Shown here in pieces: positions 24,851-38,964 of a stretch of 64,000 bases of DNA (its first letter is position 1; every line of letters starts with the position of its first letter). A program made the translations under genes and the position numbers. The notes beneath the pieces are model-generated. The model had not been told where the DNA came from and ran no database searches. It saw only the letters and a program-made list of their open reading frames with translations. This stretch comes from Glycera tridactyla (Eukaryota). The DNA lies in NCBI GenBank assembly GCA_965644265.1, contig OZ286461.1, forward strand, positions 114,948,001-115,012,000, given 5' to 3'.

Positions 24851-27800
24851 TTCTTATAATTATAATTCTACACATCCATGGGATAATTATTATTTCCTCA
24901 TATTGCCGTCATCATCATAGGTGTCGGCTCGTAACATTGGTTGTAGTGTGATCCTATGTATCATATTGTGAGCATTCATAATTATACACTCAATGTGAGT
25001 CCATGAGAACATTCAATACTTCTTTGAGTGTGAGTAATCCAGAGGCGTTCCCTTAAAACAGGTCCAGAATTCTCGACTACACACCCTGGCGCATTATTTT
25101 GGATATTGGTGATTTATGATAGCACAGGGGGAGGTGGAGGGGGGGGGGATATGACTGGATTACAGAGCAGTGTCCGTTTTACTGAGGCATGTCAACGGTC
25201 GAATTCGCCACAGCATTCATACCTCTGAAAAAGATGACTGAACTGCTGCGTCAATGTTGAAGAGAACATATTTAGTTAGCTAGTGGATGTTGAATATGCA
25301 CATTGAGCCAATAAGCACATAGTGCTGTCACTCCTGGGTGTAATAACATGCCAGTGATGGCTCACACGATATGCATCGGATGCTGCCCAGCCCACATTGC
25401 CTTGTATCATGCCTCTTCTTCTTCTTCTTCTTCTTCTTCTTCTTCTCTTTCTTCTTCCTCTCCCCCTACCACAGTCCTATGATGGGTCATTATTTGTGTG
25501 TTACCATACCGAGACCTTAATTAGTTAAAAGTAATTTCACCGGTACGAGTTAGTAAGTGAACAATAAAGAAGGTGTTAGACATGAACATATCATGTATAC
25601 TTCATGATATATTGAATATAGTGTGCACCTCATCTGAATTTTGATGTGTGCATGTAGAACAGCAAGTCGTCCAATCACAGCTCATTGTCTCAACGGATAT
25701 AACAATGCCGGGGGCAAGTATGAGCATGCAAGAAGAATCTAGCACTTCTATCACAAATAAACAGTCAAATGCAAGACATCTGTCCAGTTGAGCACCCATG
25801 TGGGCAAGGTTTAGTCAGAGGCCTTTTTTATTCAATATTCGAACATCACTAATACGCTAGATAGTCATTAGGGGGGTTGACTTGGTATCAAAATCGAAAG
25901 CACTCCTAGTGAAATAAGTTCTGAATCAGATTCCGGTGTAACTTCATCGGTCTTGCAAAAGATGATTTGCAAGCGAATTCTGATAGAATCACACATGTGA
26001 CCATATTTCGAGCACTTCTCAGTGAATTTGCAGAATGAGGGAATTGGAATTGTAGCTTGAATCACATTCGACCTAGATTCAGGTCAGGACACAGGTAGTT
26101 CTCATCAGGGTTATGCCATATGTGCATGTAATGGAAGAGGTGTGGTATGACCCTGGTGATGAAATGCTGAAGAGAAGACCACATGATCGTTACGAACGCT
26201 AGCCTGTTCTACTTTTCAACACAATTACAGACCTAGATCACCCCAGTCTCATAATCAGGATCCCAACTCGGAACTGGCCTACTACTTGGTAATATAACAC
26301 CAACCAGCCTTCAATGATATGCATGCTCGGCTCACCCCCCTCCCCCCTCAATGTCACAATTATATCTCAAGGTGACATAAGTAGCTAGTATCCTAAGTGA
26401 CAGAATGTGACTACAACTCATCGTGACTATCCAGGAAGGCTGATAGCCCCTCTTTCTTATGGACTCATTCAGTAAGACCAGGTGCTTATTCCGTTGCTGG
26501 TAGCACTCTGCTTGCATTCAGATGCAGCTTGTGCCAGTTTGTCTGGTTGACTGTATTGACTGATGTATTTCATTTCGGCGTAGTAAGACTTTCAAGATCT
26601 GATCTCGGCGATGCGGTTGATACCAATTTCCATATTGGAGGACTCGACTTGTTTGGACAAAGTTCTCTAACTGTGATTGAATTATTGAACTTTTAATCCT
26701 CCGCTCATGCGCCTTCAGATTTATGTGTGTATGTTGATGAGTAGTAGCTGGATTGTAATCATTCATCATAATGCCACTGCATCACTGGACCATTATTTTC
26801 ATACACCAGTTCCATGAATATTGGTATTGGCCAAGTTCGAGATGAAATCACTTCAGAATAGTATCAAAAACTTTGAAACACACACTCAGCAGTTTTTGAT
26901 ATATCACAGTCTGCAAGACTAATATGAAAGTGATCCCGCAATCTGCCGTTTTTCTGGCTATTTGTGAAACTATCCATAAGAAATAGCATTGTGTATCGAT
27001 ATTGCAGAGTGCAGACCCCAATCCACTTCTTCCCACCGAGGAGACCTCAACTGGCAGTCTCACAAGTTTGAGCATATACCTATTTTTCTCAGGAGATATG
27101 AGATGTATTGATGTGTGAGACTGCTCGCATGCACGGCACGTGTTCTGTATAACCTGCTGCCAAAAATATCTCGTACACACGAAGATACAGACGGACTTTT
27201 TTCATCTCAGATGGAAATCAAATCGGATTTCGTGCACGCAATGTCTACCGATATGATTAGCCTGTTTGATCAATAGAAGCACATTTCAAGTGATATTACT
27301 CTCTAGTGAATTTGCCTCGATGTCGGATATCGGAATCTGGTGTCCGTTTCAACAGGACGTAGGTGTCCACCGAGAGTAGCCAGCCTGCAAAGCACCAATG
27401 CAGCCATACAACATCACCATTTTGAAGACATCTTCTCTACAGTGAAATAAGCCCGGGTACATTTTGGATGGTTCAGGACCAGTCTCATATTTCACTTCCG
27501 TGGGTGTATTCAAAAGTGAAGGAGGTCTTCCGATTATTATGGCTCTCAATAGCCCATGGTGAGTTATGAAAAAATGAACTAATACTGATTTCGTCTCACT
27601 ATACCCCAGCGATAATCTAACCCTTTCACACTTAGATATTCGGAATCTGATGATCGCCTCGGTTACAATAATCACCCGAGAATTCCTCTGATTTATCTGA
27701 AACGGTTGATGCGAATTCTGCAATGAATTCCTGAAGCATATGAGATGGCATGGTCTCTTATTTGCCTTGTTGATTATCACGTATAACGCGTACAAATAAA

Positions 27801-28704
27801 AAGTGATAAGTTGGATATTCTGCAAGCCAGGTCATCGCTCGATCACTTGATTGATTACGCGACTGATGTGATCAATAATGACGTGTCATCATTCAGGGGG
27901 GGGGGGGGGGTTGATTCACTAGGCACATGTCTATCAGTTGACCATCCAATCATGCAGCTCGACGGACCATCACACCCTTACTTCGATGTCACATGTCACT
28001 CTGCTCACATGAATCCACTCAGGTGTCAAAATGAACATATTAACTGACCTCATTATGGAAGACGCCATGCTGCAACTCCATTTCTATCACGAAGTACGAC
28101 CTGCTGTATTCGGAATCAGGGGGTGACAGCTGTGGCCGTGACTGGGCTGTGCCCTACTGACCTAGCACCAGGTGTGGAACCAGTCTCATCATCCTGGATT
28201 GTGTAGGCCATGTGTTCCTGATCTGTGTGAAAGCTGGATGCCTTGTCACCTGTAGGCATCTCTTGATACAATGTGATGGGGAACCCGAAAGATTGTCATC
28301 ACAAAAAGCAGTCGGTTCAGACACATCCTCACAGAGATCTATCTNNNNNNNNNNNNNNNNNNNNNNNNNNNNNNNNNNNNNNNNNNNNNNNNNNNNNNNN
28401 NNNNNNNNNNNNNNNNNNNNNNNNNNNNNNNNNNNNNNNNNNNNNNNNNNNNNNNNNNNNNNNNNNNNNNNNNNNNNNNNNNNNNNNNNNNNNNNNNNNN
28501 NNNNNNNNNNNNNNNNNNNNNNNNNNNNNNNNNNNNNNNNNNNNNNNNNNNNNNNNNNNNNNNNNNNNNNNNNNNNNNNNNNNNNNNNNNNNNNNNNNNN
28601 NNNNNNNNNNNNNNNNNNNNNNNNNNNNNNNNNNNNNNNNNNNNNNNNNNNNNNNNNNNNNNNNNNNNNNNNNNNNNNNNNNNNNNNNNNNNNNGCCTTT
28701 CTCT

Positions 28705-28717
28705 CTATCTATCTGCC

Positions 28718-28786
<69 letters not shown>

Positions 28787-28930
28787 GAGTCAGTAGATTG
28801 ATCCATCACCTGTCTGCCCATCCGTCCATCCATCCGTCCATCCATCTGTCTGTCTGTCTGCCTGTCCATCCGCCCGTCTGTTCATCCGTTCTTCTATCTA
28901 TCCATTCACCCGTCCACTCAACAATCCAAG
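28705..28930 (+). repeat. (TCTG)n/(TCCA)n microsatellite next to a gap
   Basis: Direct reading. Confidence 0.9.
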
Positions 28931-29599
28931 GATCCAGTCCCCCATGTGTAATGTTGATGGACAGAGAAATAGATAGTCCGACAGGCGGACGGAAACCTTT
29001 GGACGACCCCTACATGCCTGATTCACACTTACTAGTCGTTATTATCGGACAGGGGAAGTCTCTATCTGTTAATGGCAGCTTCTGGTGTCAGTTTCCTGTG
29101 ATATTTACGAGAATGCTGGCTACTGGCTGCACTCTTCATCATCATCATCGTCTCCATGCGGACCCTGGGGCTCTCAATGACTAAAAAACCAAACACACAC
29201 ACGCGTTATACCAGCAATCTGCACCTCAGGTCACGAGCTGACCGTCCAATTATTTCCATGAGAAATGGTGACAGCAAAGCTGGATTGATGGGGCACTGCT
29301 GGACAGCTCCGCACTCTACACTGGCAACTATCTATCTTTCTCTTTATGATCCGCAATCCTCCTGTCTTTATGGGAGTATTTCCGAGGAGTTCCAGCCATA
29401 CTTCTCATCAGAACATTCTGCTGAGTCAATATACAAATAATTGCCATTCGGTCAAGTTTCCCGGCATCAACTATTCTGCCTTGGTGGCTGGAATACATCA
29501 CACTATATTTTTATGGATGTGTGTAATTGATTGTGACAAATATATCGAAGATGATGATAACCAAAAAGGTAACTAAATGATGAACAGGATTGCAGTGTC

Positions 29600-32500
29600 G
29601 ACAGCAGAGGCAGTGGTGATGACGGTGGTGGTGATGATAGTGGTTGTGATAGTGGTGGTGATGGTGGTGATGGTGTTACGATAGTGGCGGTGGTGATGTT
29701 AATCGTGGTGATGATAGAGATGGTGATGATGATAGTGCTGATGATCGCGGTTGTGATTTTGGTGATGATGGTGGTGATGATAGTGAAGATTATAGTGATT
29801 GAGATAGTTGCGATGATGATGGTGATAAAAGTGGTAGTGATAGTGGTTTTGATAGTGATTGTGATTGCGGCAGTGATGGTGTAGATGATAGTGGTGATGA
29901 TACTGGTTGCGATAGTGATTGTGATTGTGGCAGTGATGGTGATGATGATACTGGTTGCGATAGTGATTGTGATTGTGGCAGTGATGGTGGTGATGATAGT
30001 GGTTGAGATAGTGACAATGATGGTGGTGATAGTGACAATGATGATGGTGATAAAAGTAGTGGTGATAGTGGTGGTGATGGTGTAGATGATAGTGGTGATG
30101 ATAGTGTTGGTGATTAGGTTGGTGATGATAATGGTTGTGATAGTGATGGCGATGGTGGTGGTGATGGTGGTCGTGACATTGGCGGTGATGGTGGTTGTGA
30201 TAGTGATGGTGATGACGGTGGTTGTGATAGTGATGGTGATGATAGTGGGTGTGATATCGGTTGTGATGATAGTGGGTGTGATAGTGGGTGAGATAGTGGT
30301 TGTGATGATAGTGGTTGTGATGATGGTTGTGATGATAGTGGTTATGATAGTGGTCGTGATGATAGTGGTTGTGATAGTGGTTGTGATGATAGTGGTTATG
30401 ATAATGGTGGTGATGATAGTGGTTGTGATAGTGGTGGTGATGATAGTGGGTGTGATATTGGTTGTGATGATAGTGGGTGTGATAGTGGGTGAGATAGTGG
30501 TGGTGATGATAGTGGTTGTGATGATGGTTGAGATGATAGTGGTTATGATAGTGGTTGTGATAGTGGTTGTGATGATAGTGGTGATGATAGTGCTTGTGAT
30601 GATAGTGCTTGTGATGATGGTTGTGAAGACAGTGGTTATGATAGTGGTGGTGATGATAGTGGGTGTGATGGTGGTTGTGATGATAGTAGGTGTGATAGTG
30701 GGTATGATAGTGGTGGTGATGATAGTGGTTGTGATGATGGTTGTGATGACAGTTGTTATGATAGTGGTTGTGATGATAGTGGTTATGATAGTGGTTGTGA
30801 TGATAGTGGTTGTGATAGTTGTTGTGATGATAGTGGGTGAGATAGTGGTGGTGATGATAGTGGGTGTGATAGTGGGTGAGATAGTGGTGGTGATGATAGT
30901 GGTTGTGATAGTGGTGATGATGATAGTGGTTGTGATAGTGGTGGTGATGATAGTTGTTGTGATAGTGGTGATGATGATAATGATTGTGATGATAGTGGTT
31001 GTGATAGTGGTGGTGATGATAGTGGTTGTGATGATAGTGGGTGTGATAGTGAGTGGAATAGTGGTGGTGATGATAGTGGTTGTGATAGTGGTGGTGATGA
31101 TAGTGGTTGTGATAGTGGTGGTGATGATAGTGGTTGTGATAGTGGTGGTGATGATAGTGGATGTGATAGTGGGTGAGATAGTGGTGGTGATGATAGTGGT
31201 TGTGATAGTGGTGATGATGATAGTTGTTGTGATAGTGGTGATGATGATAATGATTGTGATGATAGTGGTTGTGATAGTGGTGGTGATGATAGTGGTTGTG
31301 ATGATAGTGGGTGTGATAGTGAGTGGAATAGTGGTTGTGATGATAGTGGTTATGATAGTGGTTGTGATGATAGTGGTTGTGATAGTTGTTGTGATGATAG
31401 TGGGTGAGATAGTGGTGGTGATGATAGTGGGTGTGATAGTGGGTGAGATAGTGGTGGTGATGATAGTGGTTGTGATAGTGGTGATGATGATAGTGGTTGT
31501 GATAGTGGTGGTGATGATAGTTGTTGTGATAGTGGTGATGATGATAATGATTGTGATGATAGTGGTTGTGATAGTGGTGGTGATGATAGTGGTTGTGATG
31601 ATAGTGGGTGTGATAGTGAGTGGAATAGTGGTGGTGATGATAGTGGTTGTGATAGTGGTGGTGATGATAGTGGTTGTGATAGTGGTGGTGATGATAGTGG
31701 TTGTGATAGTGGTGGTGATGATAGTGGATGTGATCATACTTGTGATGATACTTGTAATGATAATGGTGGTGATGATAGTGGTCGTGATAGAGGGGGTGAT
31801 GATAGTTGTGATGATAGTGAGTGTGATAGTGACAATGATGGTGGTGATAAAAGTGGTGGTGATGGTGACAATGATGATGGTGATGAAAGTAGTGGTGATA
31901 GTGGTGGTGATGGTGTAGATGATAGTGGTGATAATAGTGTTTGTGATTAGGTTGGTGATGATAGTGGTTGTGATAGTGATGGTGATGGTGATGGTGGTCG
32001 TGACATTGGCGGTGATGGTGGTTTTGATAGTGATGGTGATGATAGTGGTTGTGATGGTGATGATAGTGGTTGTGATGGTGATGATAGTGGTTGTGATGAT
32101 AGTGGTTGTGATAGTGGTTGTGATGGTAGCGGTTATGATAGTGGTGGTGATGAAAGTGGTTGTGATGATGGTTGTGATGACACTGGTTATGATAGTGGTT
32201 CTGATGATAGTGGGTGTGATGATGGTTGTGATGATAGTCGGTGTGATAGTGGGTGAGATAGTGGTGGTGATGATAGTGGTGTGATGATGGTTGTGATGAT
32301 AGTGGGTGTGATAGTGGTTGTGATGATAGTGGGTGTGATGATGGTTGTGATGATAGTGGGTGTGATAGTGGTTGTGATAGTGGAAGAGATAGTGGTGGTG
32401 ATGATAGTGGTTGTGACAGTGGTGATGATGATAGTGGTTGTGATAGTTCTGGTGATGATAGTGGTTGTGAGATAGTAGGTGTGATAGTGATGGTGATGAT

Positions 32501-33498
32501 GGTGGTGATGATATTGATAATAATAGCGGTTGTGATGGTGTCGGTGCTGGTGGTGGTGATGATGGTGGTGGTGATAGTGGGTGAGATAGTGGTGGTGATG
32601 ATAGTGGTTGTGATAATAGTTGCGATGATAGTGGTTGTGATAGTGGTGGTGGTGATAGTGGGTGAGATAGTGGTGGTGATGATAGTGGCTGTGATTGTGG
32701 TGGTGATGATAGTGGTTATGATAGTGGTGGTGATGATAGTGGTTGCAATGAAAGTGGATGTGATAGTGATGGTGATGATAGTGGTTGTGATAGTGGTTGT
32801 GATAGTGGTTGTGATAGTGGTTATGATGATGGTGGGTGTGATGATAGCGGCTGTGCTAGTGGGTGAGATAGTGGTGGTGATGATAGTGGTTGTGATAGTG
32901 GTTATGATGATAGTGGTTGTGATTGTGGTTGTGATAGTGGTGGTGATGATAGTGATTGTGATAGTGGGGGTGATCATTGTGGTTGTGATTGTGGTTGTGA
33001 TGATAGTGGGTGTGATAGTGGTGGTGATGATGGTGATGATGATAGTGATTGAGATAGTTGCGATGATGATGGTGATAAAAGTGGTAGTGATAGTGGTTTT
33101 GATAATGATTGTGATTGCGGCAGTGATGGTGTAGATGATAGTAGTGATGATACCGGTTACAATAGTCATTGTGATTGTGGCAGTGATGGTGATGATGATA
33201 GTGGTTGAGATAGTGACAATGATGTTGGTGATAAAAGTGATGGTGATAGTGACAATGATGATGGTGATAAAAGTAGTGGTGATAGTGGTGGTGATGGTGT
33301 AGATGATAGTGGTGATGATAGTGTTGGTGATTAGGTTGGTGATGATAGTGGTTGTGATAGTGATGGTGATGGTGGCGGTGATGGTGGTGATGATAGTGGT
33401 GGTGATGATAGTGGTTGTGATGATAGTTGTGATGATAGTGGGTGTAATAGTGCTGGTGCTGGTGGTGGTGATGATAGTGGTGGTGCTGGTGGTGGCGA
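29600..33498. repeat. Large triplet-based (GAT/AGT/GGT/TGT) tandem array with higher-order repeats
   Basis: The plus strand is almost C-free. The marker GTGATTAGGTTGGTGATG recurs near 30110, 31944 and 33328. The array explains the 610-, 744- and 1325-aa ORFs. Confidence 0.95.
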
Positions 33499-35394
33499 NN
33501 NNNNNNNNNNNNNNNNNNNNNNNNNNNNNNNNNNNNNNNNNNNNNNNNNNNNNNNNNNNNNNNNNNNNNNNNNNNNNNNNNNNNNNNNNNNNNNNNNNNN
33601 NNNNNNNNNNNNNNNNNNNNNNNNNNNNNNNNNNNNNNNNNNNNNNNNNNNNNNNNNNNGTAGCCGTCGTTGTCATCGTCGAGTATCTTGACGATCACGA
33701 TAGTTCACGATGACCTCGAGGACAACTGCTACGGATGATGATGACGGGGTGGGGGAGGGGGGGGGGGGGGGGTCGCGAATAGAAACATGTTCATTCTTGA
33801 TTAGAAATGCCTCACTTGCTAGTTTATTCCTCGATTAAATTCATTCGGTGCTATACTACTCGGTTCAACTTGTGTAATGCATGGTTTGTTTTTTCATCAG
33901 CTTGTAGCGAGTCTATGTTAAAGAAACAGTAATCACTTGCTGACTATGATAGCCTGCTCCGCATACAATAGGAAGCGCACCAATAGCGTGTGTGTAACAA
34001 TTTCACGTATATTTAGCACAATGTGGTCACAGTGGGTCGCGAAATTGCTGTAATATTTGTAGTGGGAACGATCTTTTATCAGGTTGAATTAGAGCTCGTT
34101 GATACGCTTTGCTGGTATCTCGCGCAACTATAGTATCGACATGTGATCGCAATGAATGTCACTCGCGTATACAACCCTAGCGCGTCTGATGTGTTGATTT
34201 CATGGGCGATGGCTGTATCCAAATTGTTTCACACTCAAACCACGTACGATCCAGCGTATAAATGTATCAGTCTGGAGTATGGTATCCCTTTTGTTTCAGG
34301 TATCCTGTAAAGCCTCTCTTATACATTCAATACACCTTAGACAAATCTTGCGCTTTGGTTTCATTGAATTACCAGATAAGGGTGCCCTGTGGTGTTACGA
34401 CATTCGCAGGCCTTCTCTGTGGCTCTCACAAGGGCCTCCCTCGCAACACATAACGGTAGAGTTGAGTGGGATCGCGTGGTTGTGCGTAGCCTGGTACCCG
34501 CCGACGACGCCAGGTGGTGTTGAGCTACGGCGCAACCCAACACCGCCTAGCGTCGGTGTCGGGAACCAGGCCAGGTGGTGCTGCGGTCTCGACACCTCCA
34601 TCTGATTTCAACTACCTTCCTTTACATTCATTAAAAGTTTCACGGCGCCAACTGCCATCTACGCACGTTCATGTAGGGGTTGAGAGATCATTGAATCCTG
34701 ACATGTTCGTAGGCATTTTGTTGATTGGATGGATAGATGGATGGATGGACTGTCTGTCAGTCGGTCCGTTGGTCGCTCGGTCGATCAAAGTTTCAAGTAT
34801 GTTCTTTGGGCAGGTGAAGTGCAATCTTTAACTGCCCATAAAATGAAGGTGAAAAATACTCTCTCCTCAAATGACAGCCGGAGTGTCTATGAATTTCATG
34901 AAATTACACTATACGCCGAAGACCCAGGAAAAGTTATGAATGATATCTACCATGCACATCGCATGGGCGTATCAATATAGCCCATAATGTGCCGTTAAGC
35001 AACCAACCAACCATGTTTCCTCACTTCTACGTCACCCAGAAACGTGATGCAAAAAGCCATACAACCAATCAACTTTTCCTTTGTCCTTCTGTGCTGTCAA
35101 GGAAACACATCTGATGGCCGCCACCGACTCAATCCGGAATATATTGTCTATCAAGTGGTTGAGAGGAAGCTGGAGTCGGAAGTGAAGTTTTCTGCCAGTA
35201 TTGAGTTTCATGACGAGTGGGAAATCAAGTGGGGCGCCAACCTATCCTAGCTGAATGGTAGCGTGTGCATGAGCTACATTCTTCCCATGTTACCAGGAAA
35301 CTGATCTCTGCTCAACAGTTTTTGGTCTTATTCTTCTCAGTGCAGCTAGGAGAGAATCATTACCAACTACATCGCCTTATCTGGCAAGACACTA

Positions 35395-35830
35395 TCCAAC
35401 ACCATCGCTGCCGCCACTACCATCACCACCGCTGATGACGCTTCATCCATCACCACTACCTTCGCAATTCCCATCACCAGTACCTCGACACAACCACCAC
35501 CACCACCACCACCGCCACCGCTGCTGCTAATGACCAAATCACCAGAGATACACCAATATCTACTCCAATTACCACCATGAGTACCACTAGTAACACTACC
35601 AGCATCATCACCACCACCAACACCACCACCACCACCATCGCCACCACCACCGGCGCTGCTACGATCTCGACCAGAACCACCCTCGCCCCCACTGTTCACC
35701 ACCATTACACCAGCACAAACACCACAGCATCATCACCACCGTCTCAACTTCCAACACCAGCAGCAGCACCGCCGCCCCTTATCCACCATGACTGCCACCA
35801 TCCTCATCACTACTACCGCCACTTCCACTA
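35395..35830 (+). repeat. (ACC/CAC)n-rich low-complexity tract
   Basis: Direct reading. It yields Thr- or His-rich short ORFs. Confidence 0.8.
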
Positions 35831-35949
35831 ATGATGCTACAAACGCTAGGAAGCCTCGGCAACGGTTATAGTATAACGGAAACTCGCTTGAAATCAGGGC
35901 ACCGTGTCTCACAGGTCCCTATTGCTCAGGTCCTTGATTTGTTATCATA

Positions 35950-36221
35950 TCACATGGATATCTCATCCCCACTGAAGAATCAGCTTGTGTTAATTATTGC
36001 GTGTGTTACCTCATGGCTGAGTGATGATTTTTTTGACGATTTCTCCTCTAATCCATGTGATAAAAGCAAGAATATATGACCGTCAGGTAAAACGCAATAC
36101 GAAATTCGGAGTGTATATCGCTGAATGTGATTTGGCCTTCGGCCTCGTGATATCCGGCGAAATTCACACCTTGTTTGGTATTGCGTTTTTACTTCACGTC
36201 CATCTATTCTTTCTATTATCA
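35950..36221. mobile_element. Foldback non-autonomous element, copy C (opposite orientation to A and B)
   Basis: ~75-bp imperfect arms 36058-36132 / 36147-36221 around GGCCTTCGGCC. The flank 35950-36057 is the reverse complement of the A/B right flank (CTTTTATCACATG...ACACGCAATA). Confidence 0.7.
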
Positions 36222-37154
36222 TAAGAGAGATGAGTGATAATCACTACCGCACTTCCGTGATGATGAACTACTGATACATTCACGCGCCTCAAGAACAATT
36301 TAGAAAATATTGCGTCGAGCTGAATAGTCAGCCTGCAGCAACTGACATGGTGAGATATGCCTTACACTGATCTACAACTTTTAGGGAGGGGCGTGTCTGA
36401 ATTGTTAGCCATTTTGAACACAATTTGACTGCCACCATATTGTATTTGGTGACTATGAAAGTGATGCCTGCCGCTGACAAATCAGCCTGCCCTGATAGAC
36501 CGAAACGCACAGACTACATCCGCCTTCAGTATCAATGGCGGATTGAAATGAAACTCGCAGCCAAGCTCACTCGACTAATCCATGCAATAAACATGTGACT
36601 TTAGTGAAATTGACTTGCGCATCGAACCCCGTGTGAGAAATATGTTAATTTCATGTCAGGTCCACGACGGGTATTGTGGTCATGTCATTATGACTAGAAC
36701 CGTTAGATGGCGCGGTGATTTGATTATATTTTAGCGACATCCTCTGGTTCATTTCTCAAGTGCAGAAAGTGGACCTGAGACCTCAACATTTCATTTTTTT
36801 CTTACCGCGCATCAGCGGAATTCGACACATGAATACAATGGAATGATGGCTTACCCTGCCGAACGCGAGCATATGACTCTAAACCAGATCCTAATTTCAC
36901 CGGGCCGTCCTTATAGATGCCAATTGCACCCAAAATGTTGACAAGGCCAGGCTGGAAACGGCAAAGTTGTCGCAAAGTGCTCAGCGACCAGGAGTTATTC
37001 GACTGCCAGTGTTGCTATCATCACCACGACATAGCTACAGGCGGCCACAAAATACACGGAACGAATGATTGCTGCTATTGCTCCTGTCACCATGTCCAAA
37101 TATGACAGTGATGTTTCACATATTCGTGTCATCATTTCTCATCCGATTTGATGG

Positions 37155-37380
37155 TTGATTCTGGTTTAACGTCACTTGAGCACCATCTGGGTTATATTGT
37201 GACGCACATGCAATGGGCATGGGTGGGATCTTCCGAGATTCCTTCTGAGTCCTAAACAGGAGTTGAAAATTCATGACATTCACCGGCACTCAAGGTGTCA
37301 TTTCTGGGATGCCCACTCAGTCACCGCTTACGACACGCAGGGAAACGCGGGGCCTATTCTTCACCGGGCACCCCATGGGT
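37155..37380. mobile_element. SINE-like dispersed repeat fragment
   Basis: Begins TTTAACGTC and ends AGTCACCGCTTACGACACGCAGGG...CCTATTCTTCACCGGGCACCCCATGGG. This resembles, from memory, a widespread invertebrate SINE end. Single copy in the window. Confidence 0.35.
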
Positions 37381-38964
37381 GGCATCCGATGTAGGGTTTT
37401 ACGGCACGAGTGAACTGTGAAGGTTCGTTTGAAGAGGATTCACCCTTATTCCATTGCAGCCATGCGACGAACAGTCAATATTATCGGCGGGTCTTTGTGC
37501 GATAAGCAATCGAGATACAATCTCAGCCCTCGCCTTGAATTCGGCATGAAATCGACACATTTGGCGCGCGAAAGTGAAATATACACGTGAACTTCTCCGT
37601 GATCATAGTACAAGTCGCTGGAGATGTTTTCATTCCAAACCAATACAAACGCGATGCTATCGTGAACGCCTAGCCGCCTCGAACCACTGTCGTGACAATT
37701 ACAAAAGTGTGGTAAGGCAGCATCAATTTCTTCATGTTGCCTACAATACTTACTGTCAAAATAGTCATGATACACTGGCACATCTTCCACAAGCCACATA
37801 TCGGATACTGCGAAACTGTGAAAATATTTCATTCTGCAATAGTACAAGGACATTGTAATGTGGTATTGATTGCGTTTGCTACTATAATACAAAAATCAAC
37901 TAGATATTCAATTCTTCCCAGAACAATGAACATGAACAAGATACAGAATATTAAGGCGTGCAGGAACATCCTTCAATTGTACACAATAGGATATGAGCTC
38001 TTCACTGAACCGTGTCAGTGTTTTTCATTCCATGGTCAACGTTGTGTACAAGATTTAAGAATCGACCTAGCACTAAACACCTACTTTCTAACCAACTGCC
38101 GAAACATCCATTCGTGTTATTTGTGACGACGGGTTAAATGAGCAGATGTCAAGCTAGAACACGGTGTCGAAGGAATACAGACACTTTGATGTCGCCGAGT
38201 GCTGGTCGCGTCTATGTTGAGCTTGCTCGCTCGCTAACGACCACTTCTCAGGCCTTTCGATCACACTTTTCTATGTGTTAACACAAGGAATGCTCCACAA
38301 ATATTGTCATCAATATAAATGCGAGAAAAGTGAGTCAAAATATGGCATATTTATCAAGGTTGAGTTGATCGTGTGATTTCGCCGACAGTGAGCTCGCCGG
38401 ATGGACTCGCTACCTATTACTACGATAGTTCTGTGTAAGTATTATAACAGGTAGCTTTCAATAAACATGATCCTCCATGATCCCACTATTCTCAGATAAT
38501 GCCAAGGACACGTCTACATTCTGATTCATTGCATCATGCCAACAGATCATCCTGGCCACTCACATCTATTTAGATGAGATGCTTCACTGTCTGAGTCACC
38601 ACCATTGCATTACCGACAGTGACCTCTTCACGACTTAGGCATTTACTCACATATTGTTTGTCTCGTTCGTACTGATACCCCAACATATTCCAATACTGCA
38701 GCATCAGAATTTATTATGACTCTCTGGTTTCCTGTCTCTTGCTCAATAAAGTACACGTGATCATAGGGCTCCACATTGTCTTCAGATAAACTTTGGATAG
38801 GTGAAGTGTTATTTTCACTTGCTCCCCTGCTTGTAATGATAAATCATATATTGAGTATGTGCATATCTATTGAACAGGCACCTTGATGAGAATAACTGTC
38901 CTAACATTCAATTCGCCTGCTTGTGCCATTAGAGCAGACCTTAGCTTAGAACCCTGTCTCATAT

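Larger units (their letters stand above)
14807..28232. repeat. Segmental duplication, copy 2 (direct tandem, ~430-bp unique spacer at 14379-14806)
   Basis: Offset to copy 1 is about 13.85 kb at both ends, with many internal indels. Confidence 0.95.

Noticed and set aside
28049-28249. An intact coding exon
   Set aside because: The G-run at 28119-28123 places an in-frame TGA after 43 codons, and copy 1 has the same stop. Kept only as a possible relic.
30086-31918. 610-aa Val/Ile/Met 'membrane protein' ORF and the similar plus-strand ORFs
   Set aside because: A direct product of the GTG/ATG/ATA triplet array, with no domain features.
37446-37892. 148-aa minus-strand ORF
   Set aside because: No recognisable motif, a non-ATG start, and it overlaps equally uninformative plus-strand ORFs.
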